From Nitrospirota bacterium (GTDB lineage Bacteria; Nitrospirota; UBA9217), in assembly GCA_963751455.1 (NCBI GenBank), contig CAVVUN010000002.1:32001-96000 (forward strand): a stretch of 64,000 nucleotides of DNA, in the 5' to 3' direction. Below the pieces are notes generated by a model. That model was given only the letters and a program-made list of their open reading frames with translations. It was not told the origin of the DNA and did not search any database. Made by a program: the position numbers and the translations under genes. Shown in pieces: positions 47,785 through 57,420 of this stretch (positions within the stretch are counted from its first letter, which is position 1; every line of letters starts with the position of its first letter).

Positions 47785-48243
47785 ATGAACTCGAGTCTGA
47801 TCGTTCATGCTGCGGTTTTCGCGCTCTTACTTGGGGGAACCGCCTGCGCCGGCGGTCTTCGCGACTTCTCGAGCGACGGGTGCAGCTTGTTTCCGGACGG
47901 CACTGTCAAAGACCGCAAGTTGTGGTGCGAGTGCTGCTTTGTCCACGATATCGCTTATTGGCAGGGCGGAACGAAGGACGAGAAAAAACAGGCTGACAGG
48001 ATCCTGCGCGACTGCGTTTACGAGAAGACCGGGAACAAGTCTCTTGCAGACACAATGTATGAAGCGGTCAGTTTGGGCGGCCAGCCGGTCTTCCCCACAT
48101 GGTATCGCTGGGGATACGGATGGAAATACGGGAGGGCATTTGAATCGCTGACGGAGCAGGAACAACAGCAGGTGCGGGAGAGGCTTGGTGCTTACTATCA
48201 GGCACATCCTTCAGAATACTGCGGACTGCCCATTAAAAAGTGA
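47785..48243 (+). CDS. Secreted protein with phospholipase A2-like CCxxHDxxY motif
   Basis: Signal peptide; FSSDGCSLFPDG, CCFVHDIAYWQGG and ADRILRDCV. Confidence 0.65.
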   Translation: MNSSLIVHAAVFALLLGGTACAGGLRDFSSDGCSLFPDGTVKDRKLWCECCFVHDIAYWQGGTKDEKKQADRILRDCVYEKTGNKSLADTMYEAVSLGGQPVFPTWYRWGYGWKYGRAFESLTEQEQQQVRERLGAYYQAHPSEYCGLPIKK

Positions 48244-48252
48244 CGAACAAAG

Positions 48253-48397
48253 AATATTGATGCATTCGTAAGAAGTCAGAAAATACCCAATTTCGTCATA
48301 CCGGCGAACGCCGGTATCCAGTCTTTTCAATAAGTTCGATAACCACTGGACCCCGGTTTTCACCGGGGAGACGACTTTTTACGAGATCATCAATATT
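48253..48397. mobile_element. MITE-like element with 25-bp terminal inverted repeats
   Basis: aatattgatgcattcgtaagaagtc versus gactttttacgagatcatcaatatt (21/25); internal hairpins ataccggcgaacgccggtat and ccccggttttcaccgggg. Confidence 0.7.
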
Positions 48398-48537
48398 GCC
48401 GCAAAAATGCGCAAGAAGCGCAAGAAAACCGTAAGAGAGTTTTGATTTTGAATTCCTTTGCGTATTATGCGCATTTGTGGCAAAAAAGCGTTTACTGTTT
48501 GCTTGGGGTCAAAAACATTCTGCAGGAGGTTTATAGT

Positions 48538-49041
48538 ATGCAATTCAAGGAAATAAAACCGGAGCTTCTGACCGATAATCCGTTCAAGCTGATCGGGTCG
48601 GACTGGATGCTGATAACCGCGGGAACGCCGCAGTCCTTCAACACCATGACCGCCAGCTGGGGAGGGATGGGGATCCTGTGGGAGAGGAAGGTCTGTTTCT
48701 GCTTTATAAGGCCGACCCGGCATACCTACGAATTCATGGAGCGGTCCGCCGATTTCACGCTCTCGTTTTTCGAGGAGCGCTATCGCGATGCCCTGCTGTT
48801 TTGCGGCAGCCATTCCGGCAGGGACACTGATAAAGTAAAGGAATCAGGGCTGACGCCTATAAACGAAAACGGGTTTACATATTTCGAAGAGGCGAGAATC
48901 GTACTCGCCTCCAGAAAACTCTACTACCAGGACATTAGCCCTGCCCGGTTTCTGGATCCGGGCATCGAGCGTATGTATCCGCTGAAGGACTACCACAGAA
49001 TGTTTATCGGCGAGATCGTCAAGTGTATGATAAAACAATAA
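48538..49041 (+). CDS. Flavin reductase family protein
   Basis: WMLITAG, NTMTASWGG, IRPTRHT, GSHSGRDTDK and YHRMFIGEI. Confidence 0.9.
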   Translation: MQFKEIKPELLTDNPFKLIGSDWMLITAGTPQSFNTMTASWGGMGILWERKVCFCFIRPTRHTYEFMERSADFTLSFFEERYRDALLFCGSHSGRDTDKVKESGLTPINENGFTYFEEARIVLASRKLYYQDISPARFLDPGIERMYPLKDYHRMFIGEIVKCMIKQ

Positions 49042-49124
49042 CCCTGTTGGAATTTCTCCAACAGGGTATTGCCAACAGTGCTCTTATAATTTTTCATTTT
49101 GCAATTTGCAATTATCTAGTTGCT

Positions 49125-49676
49125 CTACCCTTTATGTTTCCCGTTTCCGTGGCCTCTTCCACGGCCACGGTCATCGCCTCCCTGATCGCCTCTTCCGCGT
49201 TTCCCACCATGCCCATGATCGTCCCTGCCGTATTTCTCACTTTTCCCGCGTCCCGCGTTATCCCAGTACCGCTCTCTTTCCCAGCTCTGCCAGTTTTTCT
49301 TGACATGACCATACGGCATACGTTCGTGCCCAGGGGACATGCGGCGGTATCCGTGCGGTACATCCACTATTGCGCGGGGCACACTTCTCGGGCCCACTGT
49401 GCGCCATGGTCCGTTATAGCCGTTCGCGATGTACCAGCCGCCTCGGTGCGAGCGATACCATGATCCGCGGAAAAAGAAAACATCGATGCTTGCGTCAGGA
49501 GGGTAATAGACATAAGTGCCGGGTATTACAATAAGGCCGGGCGGCGCCGGAAAGACGAATCCCGGAAGGGGAATATTGATATTGACACTGACTTCGGCCT
49601 TGCCTGACCCTGGTAAGAGAAATCCGAACAGCACGAGCAACGCTAAACCGAGTTTTTTTAAAAATTGATTTTTCAT
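49125..49676 (-). CDS. Secreted protein with aromatic/Pro-rich beta region and Gly/Arg/His-rich tail
   Basis: Signal peptide; VSVNINIP, GSWYRSHRGGWY..YNGPW; RBS aggagg. Confidence 0.75.
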   Translation of the reverse strand: MKNQFLKKLGLALLVLFGFLLPGSGKAEVSVNINIPLPGFVFPAPPGLIVIPGTYVYYPPDASIDVFFFRGSWYRSHRGGWYIANGYNGPWRTVGPRSVPRAIVDVPHGYRRMSPGHERMPYGHVKKNWQSWERERYWDNAGRGKSEKYGRDDHGHGGKRGRGDQGGDDRGRGRGHGNGKHKG

Positions 49677-49960
49677 GGCTATCTGCCTCCTCGCAAATCT
49701 TCTATATCTTCTGACACCGCTAATTGATTTTCGATTAAATCCCTACAAAATTATTACACGTTTTATGCTCAATTGCAAATCGATGCTGCGCTGAATCGAT
49801 TAGTCTTCCATTTTATCCTTCCAAAGTAGTATATTATAGGGAAAAAGACATAAAGAATGTGATTTGGCTCACTGAAACTAATGATTTACCCGGGTAATGT
49901 TACCAAGGTTTCATCAACCATGAAAGTACTCTCAATTAAATCAGAAGTGAGGTATTCACG

Positions 49961-50596
49961 ATGGTGAAAGGAATAATCGGTTTTATTCTCGTTATGATGA
50001 TCGGTGTGACTATATTCGCAGCTGAAGATAGAGTGAATATGGCGAGCATCGATAAAAATACGGGTCTTGAAATAATGAAGACCGTATTGCCTGAGGTAAT
50101 CGAAAAAATAGAGTACTATGAAATCAACGGACAGAGTGAAAGAGAATTGCGCCGCCAGATGAGAGAGAATGGGACCAAATGGGACGATGGGAAAACATAC
50201 GATTCCGTCACGAGCTGGCATATCAGGTGGGATTACGACTATAACTGCACGACTGAAGGCTGTACCCCGGATTCCTTCAAAGCAAGCGTATATGTAACAT
50301 TCCGTTATCCGAAATGGGTGAACACGGACGGCGCGCCTCAGCCCCTGGTGGCCAAATGGGATGGATACATCAAGAACCTGATTACTCACGAGAACGGACA
50401 TCGCGACATGGCGGTGGAAGCGACTGCGGATCTTCAGCGGTCGGTTGCTGAATTACGGCCTGCGCCCAGCCGCTATGCACTGGACCGCGAAATAGAGGCA
50501 TTGGCACGGCAGCGGACGGCCAAACTGAACGCTGATTCAAGGCATTACGATGCGGTTACCGTCCACGGTACGACACAGGGCGCGGTTTTTCCCTGA
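49961..50596 (+). CDS. DUF922 predicted Zn-dependent protease
   Basis: YYEING, HENGH and YDAVTVHGTTQGA. Confidence 0.85.
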   Translation: MVKGIIGFILVMMIGVTIFAAEDRVNMASIDKNTGLEIMKTVLPEVIEKIEYYEINGQSERELRRQMRENGTKWDDGKTYDSVTSWHIRWDYDYNCTTEGCTPDSFKASVYVTFRYPKWVNTDGAPQPLVAKWDGYIKNLITHENGHRDMAVEATADLQRSVAELRPAPSRYALDREIEALARQRTAKLNADSRHYDAVTVHGTTQGAVFP

Positions 50597-50626
50597 CCGC
50601 GTTATAATGAATTGACATTTTCAAGC

Positions 50627-50653
50627 AGGCCGTCGTTTACGACGGCCTTTTTT
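50627..50653. terminator. Terminator between convergent genes
   Basis: aggccgtcgt-tt-acgacggcct followed by ttttt. Confidence 0.8.
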
Positions 50654-50678
50654 GTTGCCGCTTTCTGGTCTATTTCTG

Positions 50679-51995
50679 TCAGGTAGTAATCCAGTTCAAT
50701 GGACGAGGAGCGCTTATTTCCGGGGTCCGGTTCCCCTCGCGGTCGTATCGCGGGATTGCCTCGCGGAGGGGCAGGCATATGACGAATGACACGCCGCCGG
50801 TCGCAATATTGTTCTCGGCCCTTATCGCGCCCCCGTGCTGTTCGACCAGCCCTTTTGAAATTGCGAGGCCCAAGCCGGTGCCGTGCGATTTTGTCGTAAA
50901 GAAGGGCTGGAAAACCTTGTCAAGAATATCCTCTTTGATTCCGGGACCTGTATCACTCAAGGTAATATTCAGACATCGCAGAGATTGATCGGCATCCGTA
51001 CGGAAGCGGATGACGCCCCCGGACGGCATTGCATCCGCAGAATTCAGGATCAGGTTCATGAATACCTGTTGAAGCTGAAGAGGGTCCGCCATGGTTGTCG
51101 GTACCTTGACGAAATCGCGAATAACTGATATCGAGGGACGCGCGGTCAAGAGCGGATGATGGAGCGCAAGGTTGATTGTCGAATCCAGCACCTCGTTTAT
51201 GTTCACCGGCATAAATTGCGGCTTCGGCGGCCGGGCGAAATTGAGTATGCTTTTCAAGAGCGTATCGATCCGCTTTATCTGTTCGCTTGCCTGGAGAAGG
51301 ATCTCGCGGCCTTCAGACGAAAGGGAAGAATCGCAGCACAGGAAATCGATCGATGCCTTGATCCCGGCAAGCGGATTTTTGATCTCGTGTGCCATTCCGC
51401 CGGCCATCTCTCCCAGAACCACCAGTTGTTCCGCCCATTGCATCTTGAGGTTGTCTTTCCCGAGGGACTCCACGACGGCGTTGAAGGATGACGCTACTTC
51501 GGCCAACTCGTCGCTCAGCCCGGTGATGCGGTGCCTCAGGTCTCCGCTCTTTATCCGACGGGCCCCCTTTACCAGCTTGTCGATCGGCCTGATGAATCCG
51601 TAAAGAAGGTACATTGACAGAGCAAGGGCCGCGACAGGCACGAGCCCCAATAGAATGTACACCTTCGTTTTTGTACGTCCCATCTCTGCAAGCGCATCCT
51701 GAGTGCTCTCCACCGGTTCTTTATTCCCGACAGCATACCGGTCCTTTTCAATTTCCGGTACAAGCGTCTGTGTGAGGACAAGTGTAGGCTCAAACGCGGC
51801 CTGGGCATCTCCGATAACCGGCTGAAGAGTGCGAATCCTGTTCACCAGATGCTCTTTCCAGGATTCAGGCTGCTGATTTCTCAACAAACTGCCCATTTTA
51901 TTTGTCGTGACTTCTATTGCAATTATCGCGAAGAAGGCGAGCAGAAACACCGTCACGGAAAACAGGGCCATGCTGAGTATTAATTTTTTTTTCAT
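50679..51995 (-). CDS. HAMP-domain sensor histidine kinase (NtrB/AtoS-like)
   Basis: AHEIKNPL, NLILNSADA, DTGPGI and PFFTTKSHGTGLGL. Confidence 0.92.
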   Translation of the reverse strand: MKKKLILSMALFSVTVFLLAFFAIIAIEVTTNKMGSLLRNQQPESWKEHLVNRIRTLQPVIGDAQAAFEPTLVLTQTLVPEIEKDRYAVGNKEPVESTQDALAEMGRTKTKVYILLGLVPVAALALSMYLLYGFIRPIDKLVKGARRIKSGDLRHRITGLSDELAEVASSFNAVVESLGKDNLKMQWAEQLVVLGEMAGGMAHEIKNPLAGIKASIDFLCCDSSLSSEGREILLQASEQIKRIDTLLKSILNFARPPKPQFMPVNINEVLDSTINLALHHPLLTARPSISVIRDFVKVPTTMADPLQLQQVFMNLILNSADAMPSGGVIRFRTDADQSLRCLNITLSDTGPGIKEDILDKVFQPFFTTKSHGTGLGLAISKGLVEQHGGAIRAENNIATGGVSFVICLPLREAIPRYDREGNRTPEISAPRPLNWITT

Positions 51996-52261
51996 ACGCG
52001 GATTTCCCGGAATCAGTTTATCTCGAATGCATTAGTATTAAGAGTGGCAGGAGGGATATAAACAGCTTCTGATACTAAGATAGCTCGCTATAACACTGCT
52101 GTCAACAATCATAAGGATTAGTAATGATGGAAGCAATGCGTGCTTTTTATCCGAAGAACCGACGTTCCGCTCTTTTGTGCAAAAAAAAGTTTTTTGTTGT
52201 TTTCATCGCATATTGATGATAAAATAAACACAAAGTTGCAAGGCTTCAACCGGAGAGGTAA

Positions 52262-53110
52262 ATGTCTGCGACTATCTTAAAAATTACGATTCAATTCTGC
52301 TTTATCTCCTTCGCACTGTTTTCACTCGTCCTCTTCAGTCCGTTGTCAGCCGATTCTGCGGAGTATCTTACCGCGAGCGGCTGTTCAGTCAGCAATGTCG
52401 GATATTTGACCGAGCTCGCAAAAGAATATGAGCGGCGTGCCGGCGTTAAAGTGTTCATCAGAGGCGGCGGCAGCATCGTCGGGATCGAGGACCTGCACAG
52501 CGGTAAAGTCGACTTTGCGGCAGCGTGCAGACAAAAAAGTTCGGGAGACCCGGAGGATGTGATCTTCGTGCAGGTTGCATGGGACGCCCTCGTCTTCATC
52601 GTCCATCCCTCAAACCCGGTAAAAAATATTATGCTGGACAGTGTACGGGCAATATACCGCGGAGGAATAACCAACTGGAGCCAGCTGAACGGACCGGACA
52701 TCGCGATAAAAATTTATATTTCGCGCACCAAGAGCGGCCTCTCAGGAGTTGAAGCTTCTACGAAAGAGCTGGTTCTCCAGGGAAAGGACCCGGTCGAAAC
52801 AGAGAATATGCTGTTCCTGGCGTCGACAGGCATCGTTGAGCAGATGGTGGAGGAGACGGCGGACGGATTTGCCACATCAGGGTTTATCAGCGCACGCAAA
52901 CGCAAAGTAAAGATGTTAAAGGTAAACGGGGTTGCCCCGACAAATAGAGCCATTATCGATAACCGCTATCCGCTGAAACGTCCGTTGTTCATTGTTCTGC
53001 CGAAAAATGCCAAGCCCGAGGTTAAAAAATTCGTTGATTTTGTTTTGAGCAAGGAAGGCCAACGCTTCATTAAATCTCTCCAAGTCGTCGCGCTTGGGGA
53101 GGTACAATGA
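52262..53110 (+). CDS. PstS-like periplasmic substrate-binding protein
   Basis: Signal peptide; GGGSIVGI, VAWDALVFIVHPSNPV, ITNWSQLNG and YPLKRPLF. Confidence 0.82.
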   Translation: MSATILKITIQFCFISFALFSLVLFSPLSADSAEYLTASGCSVSNVGYLTELAKEYERRAGVKVFIRGGGSIVGIEDLHSGKVDFAAACRQKSSGDPEDVIFVQVAWDALVFIVHPSNPVKNIMLDSVRAIYRGGITNWSQLNGPDIAIKIYISRTKSGLSGVEASTKELVLQGKDPVETENMLFLASTGIVEQMVEETADGFATSGFISARKRKVKMLKVNGVAPTNRAIIDNRYPLKRPLFIVLPKNAKPEVKKFVDFVLSKEGQRFIKSLQVVALGEVQ

Positions 53111-55329
53111 AGGGTTCTCTTCAGATGAGAGTTTCGGTTTTCATTACCCTCATTATCCTCTTGATCAGCACGATCAGCACCTACCTCTTTATCTCGGTAC
53201 ACAGCAAAAGCAAGGAGCAGGGCCTGGAGGTCCGCGGAACCGCTCTCGCGTATGCGCTTGCCAAGGCCGCAGAAGAAGGCCTCGTCAAGGAAGATCTTAA
53301 TCTCATCAAGAAATCATCATATATCGTTCAGGCGCCTGACGTCACGCTGGCCCAGGTCTATTCGAATATCTGGGCGGCCCTCGATGCATATCCCATTACC
53401 AATATAAAAGAGCCGCCGCATCCGGAGGCGGTCAAGCATTTTCAAAATCAGTATTCTTCGTTCAGGATCAGGACCCCTGGGTCTTCCGGTTATGATTTTT
53501 ATTATCCTATCTTCTTTAAGGCTTTTGAGGATTCTTCACCTGCCATTATCGGCTTCGTTCGCATTACCCTGTCGTCCGGATCGGTACAGAAAGAAATAAG
53601 AAAGATCGTCATTATCAATATTATTGTTTCGATCGCCATGACGTTTCTCGCAATTCTTGCGCTCAACATGCTGATGCATCGCCTTGTGATAAACCCGGTC
53701 ATGGCCCTCCATCGCTCGATTGCGCGGTTTAAGAGCGGCGCGGCCGATGGAACTGTGATTATCCCTGCACAATCGACCGGCGAGATACGCGAGCTTTCAC
53801 TGGAATTCGACCGGATGTGCAAAACAGTCCGGGAAGACGAAAAGAAATTGATCGAATCGGACAGGCGCATACGCTCGCTCTTCGACCGTGTCGAGCATGC
53901 TATTTTCAGGATCGATACGCACGGCACGATCGTCGAAGCCAACAGCAGGTTCAGTCTCATGTTCGGCAGTGTGAGCGGCCTTTGCGATATCATTATCGGT
54001 GATATCAGCGCGGATACCTGCCTCACAAAAGCTGCGTCGGGCAAGGCGCTGCATATTGAAGACAAAGCAGTCGCTCATGACGGAGAGGAAATGATCATTT
54101 CACTTTCCCTGTATCCGGAGTATGCCGCAGCCGGCGGAATAACCGGTTTTGACGGGTATATCATCGATATAACCGAAAAAAAGCGGATGGAAGAGCGGCT
54201 CATGAGGTCCCAAAAGCTCGAAGCAGTCGGCACCCTTGCCGCGGGCATGGCGCACGACTTCAACAACATCCTGACGGCAATTCTCGGTTATTCCGGCATC
54301 ATGATCAAGGCATTGAAAGACGACGACGCCTTTTACAAGCCGGTGAGTATCATTCACGATGCCGCAAAAAGAGGGGCGGAACTCGGAAAGAAGATCCTTA
54401 CCATCACCCGCAAGGAGAAAATATCTGCGAAGCAGGTAAATATCAACGAAATCATCCTGACCGCTGTCGACCTTCTCAGGAGAAGCATTCCGAAAAATAT
54501 TGAAATCGTGACGAAGCTGCGGGAAGCACTGCCGCTCACCGTCGCCGATCCGTCTCAATTGCAGCAGGTGATACTGAACCTGGTGGTTAATGCGCGGGAT
54601 GCGATGCCTGACGGCGGGAAGGTGACGCTGGAGACAACGGTCGTGGCTCCGGGAAACGGTTTTGCGAACAACCCGCACACGCCCGCGCAGGAATATATAA
54701 AGATGTCCGTGTCGGACACCGGCGAAGGAATTGACGCGGACACCCAGTCAAAAATATTCGATCCTTTCTTTACCACGAAGGAGGTCGGTAAAGGAACGGG
54801 GCTCGGTCTTTACATCGTTCATTCCGTCATCAGCAATCATGGAGGCTATATTAACGTCTACAGCGAACCGCGGAAGGGAACACAGTTCAATCTCTATCTG
54901 CCGCTGGCAAAGAGTACGGTTACAGAAGGGACCTTCGTGGAAGTCGACATCGCCGGAACCGAGACGATTCTCGTGATCGACGACGAACCCCATGTCAGGG
55001 ACCTCTGTAACGACATGCTGACATCGCTCGGATACAGAGTCCTCGTTGCAGGAAGCGGCAATGCCGGTATCAGTCTTTATCGCGAAAAGAAATCCGAAAT
55101 ATCGCTGGTTATTCTGGACATGATCATGCCGAGAAAGGGAGGAAACGAAGTGTTTGCCGCCCTCAAGACAATAAACAATCAAGTGAAGATCCTCCTTTAT
55201 TCGGGATACAGTCATAATAATTACGCAGGCATCAGCGAACTTCTTGAGCAGGGCGCATCCGGATTTATACAGAAGCCTTTCTCACTTCAGGACATCGGCA
55301 TAGCAATACGAAATGCTCTTGGACATTAG
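53107..55329 (+). CDS. Hybrid sensor kinase (HAMP-PAS-HisKA-HATPase-REC)
   Basis: AHDFNNILT, NLVVNARDAM, PFFTTKEVGKGTGLGL; C-terminal receiver LDMIMP..QKPF. Confidence 0.93.
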   Translation: MKGSLQMRVSVFITLIILLISTISTYLFISVHSKSKEQGLEVRGTALAYALAKAAEEGLVKEDLNLIKKSSYIVQAPDVTLAQVYSNIWAALDAYPITNIKEPPHPEAVKHFQNQYSSFRIRTPGSSGYDFYYPIFFKAFEDSSPAIIGFVRITLSSGSVQKEIRKIVIINIIVSIAMTFLAILALNMLMHRLVINPVMALHRSIARFKSGAADGTVIIPAQSTGEIRELSLEFDRMCKTVREDEKKLIESDRRIRSLFDRVEHAIFRIDTHGTIVEANSRFSLMFGSVSGLCDIIIGDISADTCLTKAASGKALHIEDKAVAHDGEEMIISLSLYPEYAAAGGITGFDGYIIDITEKKRMEERLMRSQKLEAVGTLAAGMAHDFNNILTAILGYSGIMIKALKDDDAFYKPVSIIHDAAKRGAELGKKILTITRKEKISAKQVNINEIILTAVDLLRRSIPKNIEIVTKLREALPLTVADPSQLQQVILNLVVNARDAMPDGGKVTLETTVVAPGNGFANNPHTPAQEYIKMSVSDTGEGIDADTQSKIFDPFFTTKEVGKGTGLGLYIVHSVISNHGGYINVYSEPRKGTQFNLYLPLAKSTVTEGTFVEVDIAGTETILVIDDEPHVRDLCNDMLTSLGYRVLVAGSGNAGISLYREKKSEISLVILDMIMPRKGGNEVFAALKTINNQVKILLYSGYSHNNYAGISELLEQGASGFIQKPFSLQDIGIAIRNALGH

Positions 55330-55554
55330 TGTTTAAAAATACCGCCGGACATTCCAATTCGATTCAGCGATTCAGAGCCCTTTCCCCATTCTCGATGGCT
55401 GTGCACCCCCGACTAATACTTTCTTCTAATTGACATTCATATTTTGTGTTGTTTAATTGAATCATATTGTTTAAGCGCGACTCTGACTATGTTAATCGGA
55501 GTCATAAGCCGTCCGACCGCCGGTGCGATGCCAAAGAAGGAGCCGGAGGATACC

Positions 55555-56364
55555 ATGCCGAAAATCGATGTAGGTAAAAACATACATGCTTTTGTTGAAG
55601 ATTGGGGCGCCGGCAAACAGATAGTGTTTGTCCATGGGTGGCCGTTCAACCACAGGATGTTCGAATATCAAATGACGGCGCTGGCTTTACGCGACTTTCG
55701 TGTAATCGGCATAGATTTGCCCGGTTTCGGCGCCTCAGATAAGCCGTGGGCCGGGAACGATTATGATACCTGGGCAAACGATGTGGGTAAGATTATGAAC
55801 GGGCTTGCACTGCGGGACGTGACGCTGGCCGGTTTCTCGATCGGCGGCGCAATAGTTGCGCACCGTCTGGCACGTTTCAGGGACACCCGCGTTTCGAAAC
55901 TTTCGCTGCTATCGGCCCCGCTGCCGACCGCATGGCTTGGGCAGGAGGACAAAAATATTGTCGACGGCTATATCGAAGGTCTTATCAGCGATAGATATAA
56001 GTTTATCCACGAGTTTATTCAGAAGATGCCGAACAAGACGGCGAGCCGGGAATTTATCGAGTCTCTTTTGTCGATGGGGAGGCAAGCTTCGCTTCGGGCC
56101 TGTTTGCGCGGTCTCGAGGAGATGCGGGACAGAAATCTTCAAGCGGAAATGGGAAATATTCGCATACCAACCAGGATTTTCCACGGAGTAAAAGATTCGA
56201 TTGTTCCTTTCGGGCTTGCAGAGCAGCAGAAACGCCTCATCCGGGAAGCAACGCTCGTGCCTTTTGAGAACAGCGGCCATGCGCTTTTCTGGGATGAAAA
56301 GGACAAGCTGGTGAACGAAATAGCAAAATTCGCCGATGAAAAACAGGCGAGGGTTGCTGCGTAA
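55555..56364 (+). CDS. Alpha/beta hydrolase (non-heme haloperoxidase/arylesterase-like)
   Basis: FVHGWP, GFGASDKP, GFSIGG nucleophile elbow, HGVKD and SGHAL. Confidence 0.9.
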   Translation: MPKIDVGKNIHAFVEDWGAGKQIVFVHGWPFNHRMFEYQMTALALRDFRVIGIDLPGFGASDKPWAGNDYDTWANDVGKIMNGLALRDVTLAGFSIGGAIVAHRLARFRDTRVSKLSLLSAPLPTAWLGQEDKNIVDGYIEGLISDRYKFIHEFIQKMPNKTASREFIESLLSMGRQASLRACLRGLEEMRDRNLQAEMGNIRIPTRIFHGVKDSIVPFGLAEQQKRLIREATLVPFENSGHALFWDEKDKLVNEIAKFADEKQARVAA

Positions 56365-56384
56365 AGTGCGGTTCATACTCTTCA

Positions 56385-56585
56385 AAAAAGTGTGAAGCGC
56401 ACGTGGTGAGCACCGGCGTAACGATGGGCAATCCCGCGACTTGGCATCCCCCGGCTCCGCCGGGGGTGGAAAGCGCTTACTCGCACTTGCGAGTCGCGTA
56501 AGCGCGAGTAAGCAGTCCCGGGAGGTCGCGTTGTTCAAGGGAGCCTCCGGCTCCTGGCCGGAGGGGGGGCTCCACTATTTTATTC
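56385..56585 (+). ncRNA. Candidate structured non-coding RNA (unassigned)
   Basis: Closing stem cgcgactt/aggtcgcg encloses two GC-rich hairpins; final hairpin followed by a T-rich tract. Confidence 0.4.
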
Positions 56586-56916
56586 TATTCCCTCGATACC
56601 TCCCGCCGTTTTCAACCGGATGAAGGGCGGGTCCTCTTCGGAGAATTTCAAAAGCCTGTCGTCCCCGTCCTCGTTTTCTCCCATTAAAGACTGAATGAAT
56701 TGATGCGATTGAAGCAACGTTCACTGATGATAAATGATGACGGAGTGCCCCGCCTTGACACTCAAAAAAAAACCGGATACTCTTGAAATAGAAATAGTTC
56801 TTACAGGCAATGAGACTATATCGCCTTCCGAATCGCATCTGATTTGACGCATCCAATCCCGTGGCTAAGGCAAACATACCGGAATTGGATGTTATCATTT
56901 CTTCAAGGAGGAACCC

Positions 56917-57405
56917 ATGGTAAAAGATCCGGTATGCAAGGTTGATGTTGACGAGAGGAGCACCGCCTGGTCAAGCACCTATCGGAACAAAACCTATTAC
57001 TTCAGCTCGGAGCAATGCAAGGCCGATTTTGACAGAAACCCGGAAAACTACAGTACTATTACCGGGACGCGTATTGCAAGCAGGGCCCGGTCGCAAATAG
57101 GATCGATGATTACAGAGCGCAAGGACAAGACCGCTGAGCGGATAGTGGTCCTGTCCGATGCCCTGCACGGCGCTGCACAGCGTTTCCGCGAGCAGAACCA
57201 GGCCGCACCCGCGCGCTATGCGGACAGGGCGGCAGAAAAAGTGCAAATGCTTTCCGACTATTTGCGTCGCAAAGACGCGGAGCAGCTCATTAACGAGACG
57301 GAAGATTTTATCAGACAGCACCCGGGTCTTGTAATTGGAAGCGCATTGCTGGCGGGTTTTCTTACGGCGCGTTTCCTCAAAAGTTCGAGATCCGTATCGA
57401 CGTAA
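56917..57405 (+). CDS. YHS domain fused to ElaB/DUF883-like C-terminal membrane anchor
   Basis: KDPVC..TYYFSSEQCKADFDRNPE; C-terminus FIRQHPGLVIGSALLAGFLTARFLK. Confidence 0.75.
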   Translation: MVKDPVCKVDVDERSTAWSSTYRNKTYYFSSEQCKADFDRNPENYSTITGTRIASRARSQIGSMITERKDKTAERIVVLSDALHGAAQRFREQNQAAPARYADRAAEKVQMLSDYLRRKDAEQLINETEDFIRQHPGLVIGSALLAGFLTARFLKSSRSVST

Positions 57406-57420
57406 AGAATGTGGAGGTAT

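Larger units (their letters stand above)
41920..48243 (+). mobile_element. Integron gene-cassette array with no integrase in this window (CALIN-like)
   Basis: Co-oriented, mostly AT-richer unrelated ORFs separated by attC hairpins at 43251, 45741 and 47703. Confidence 0.8.
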
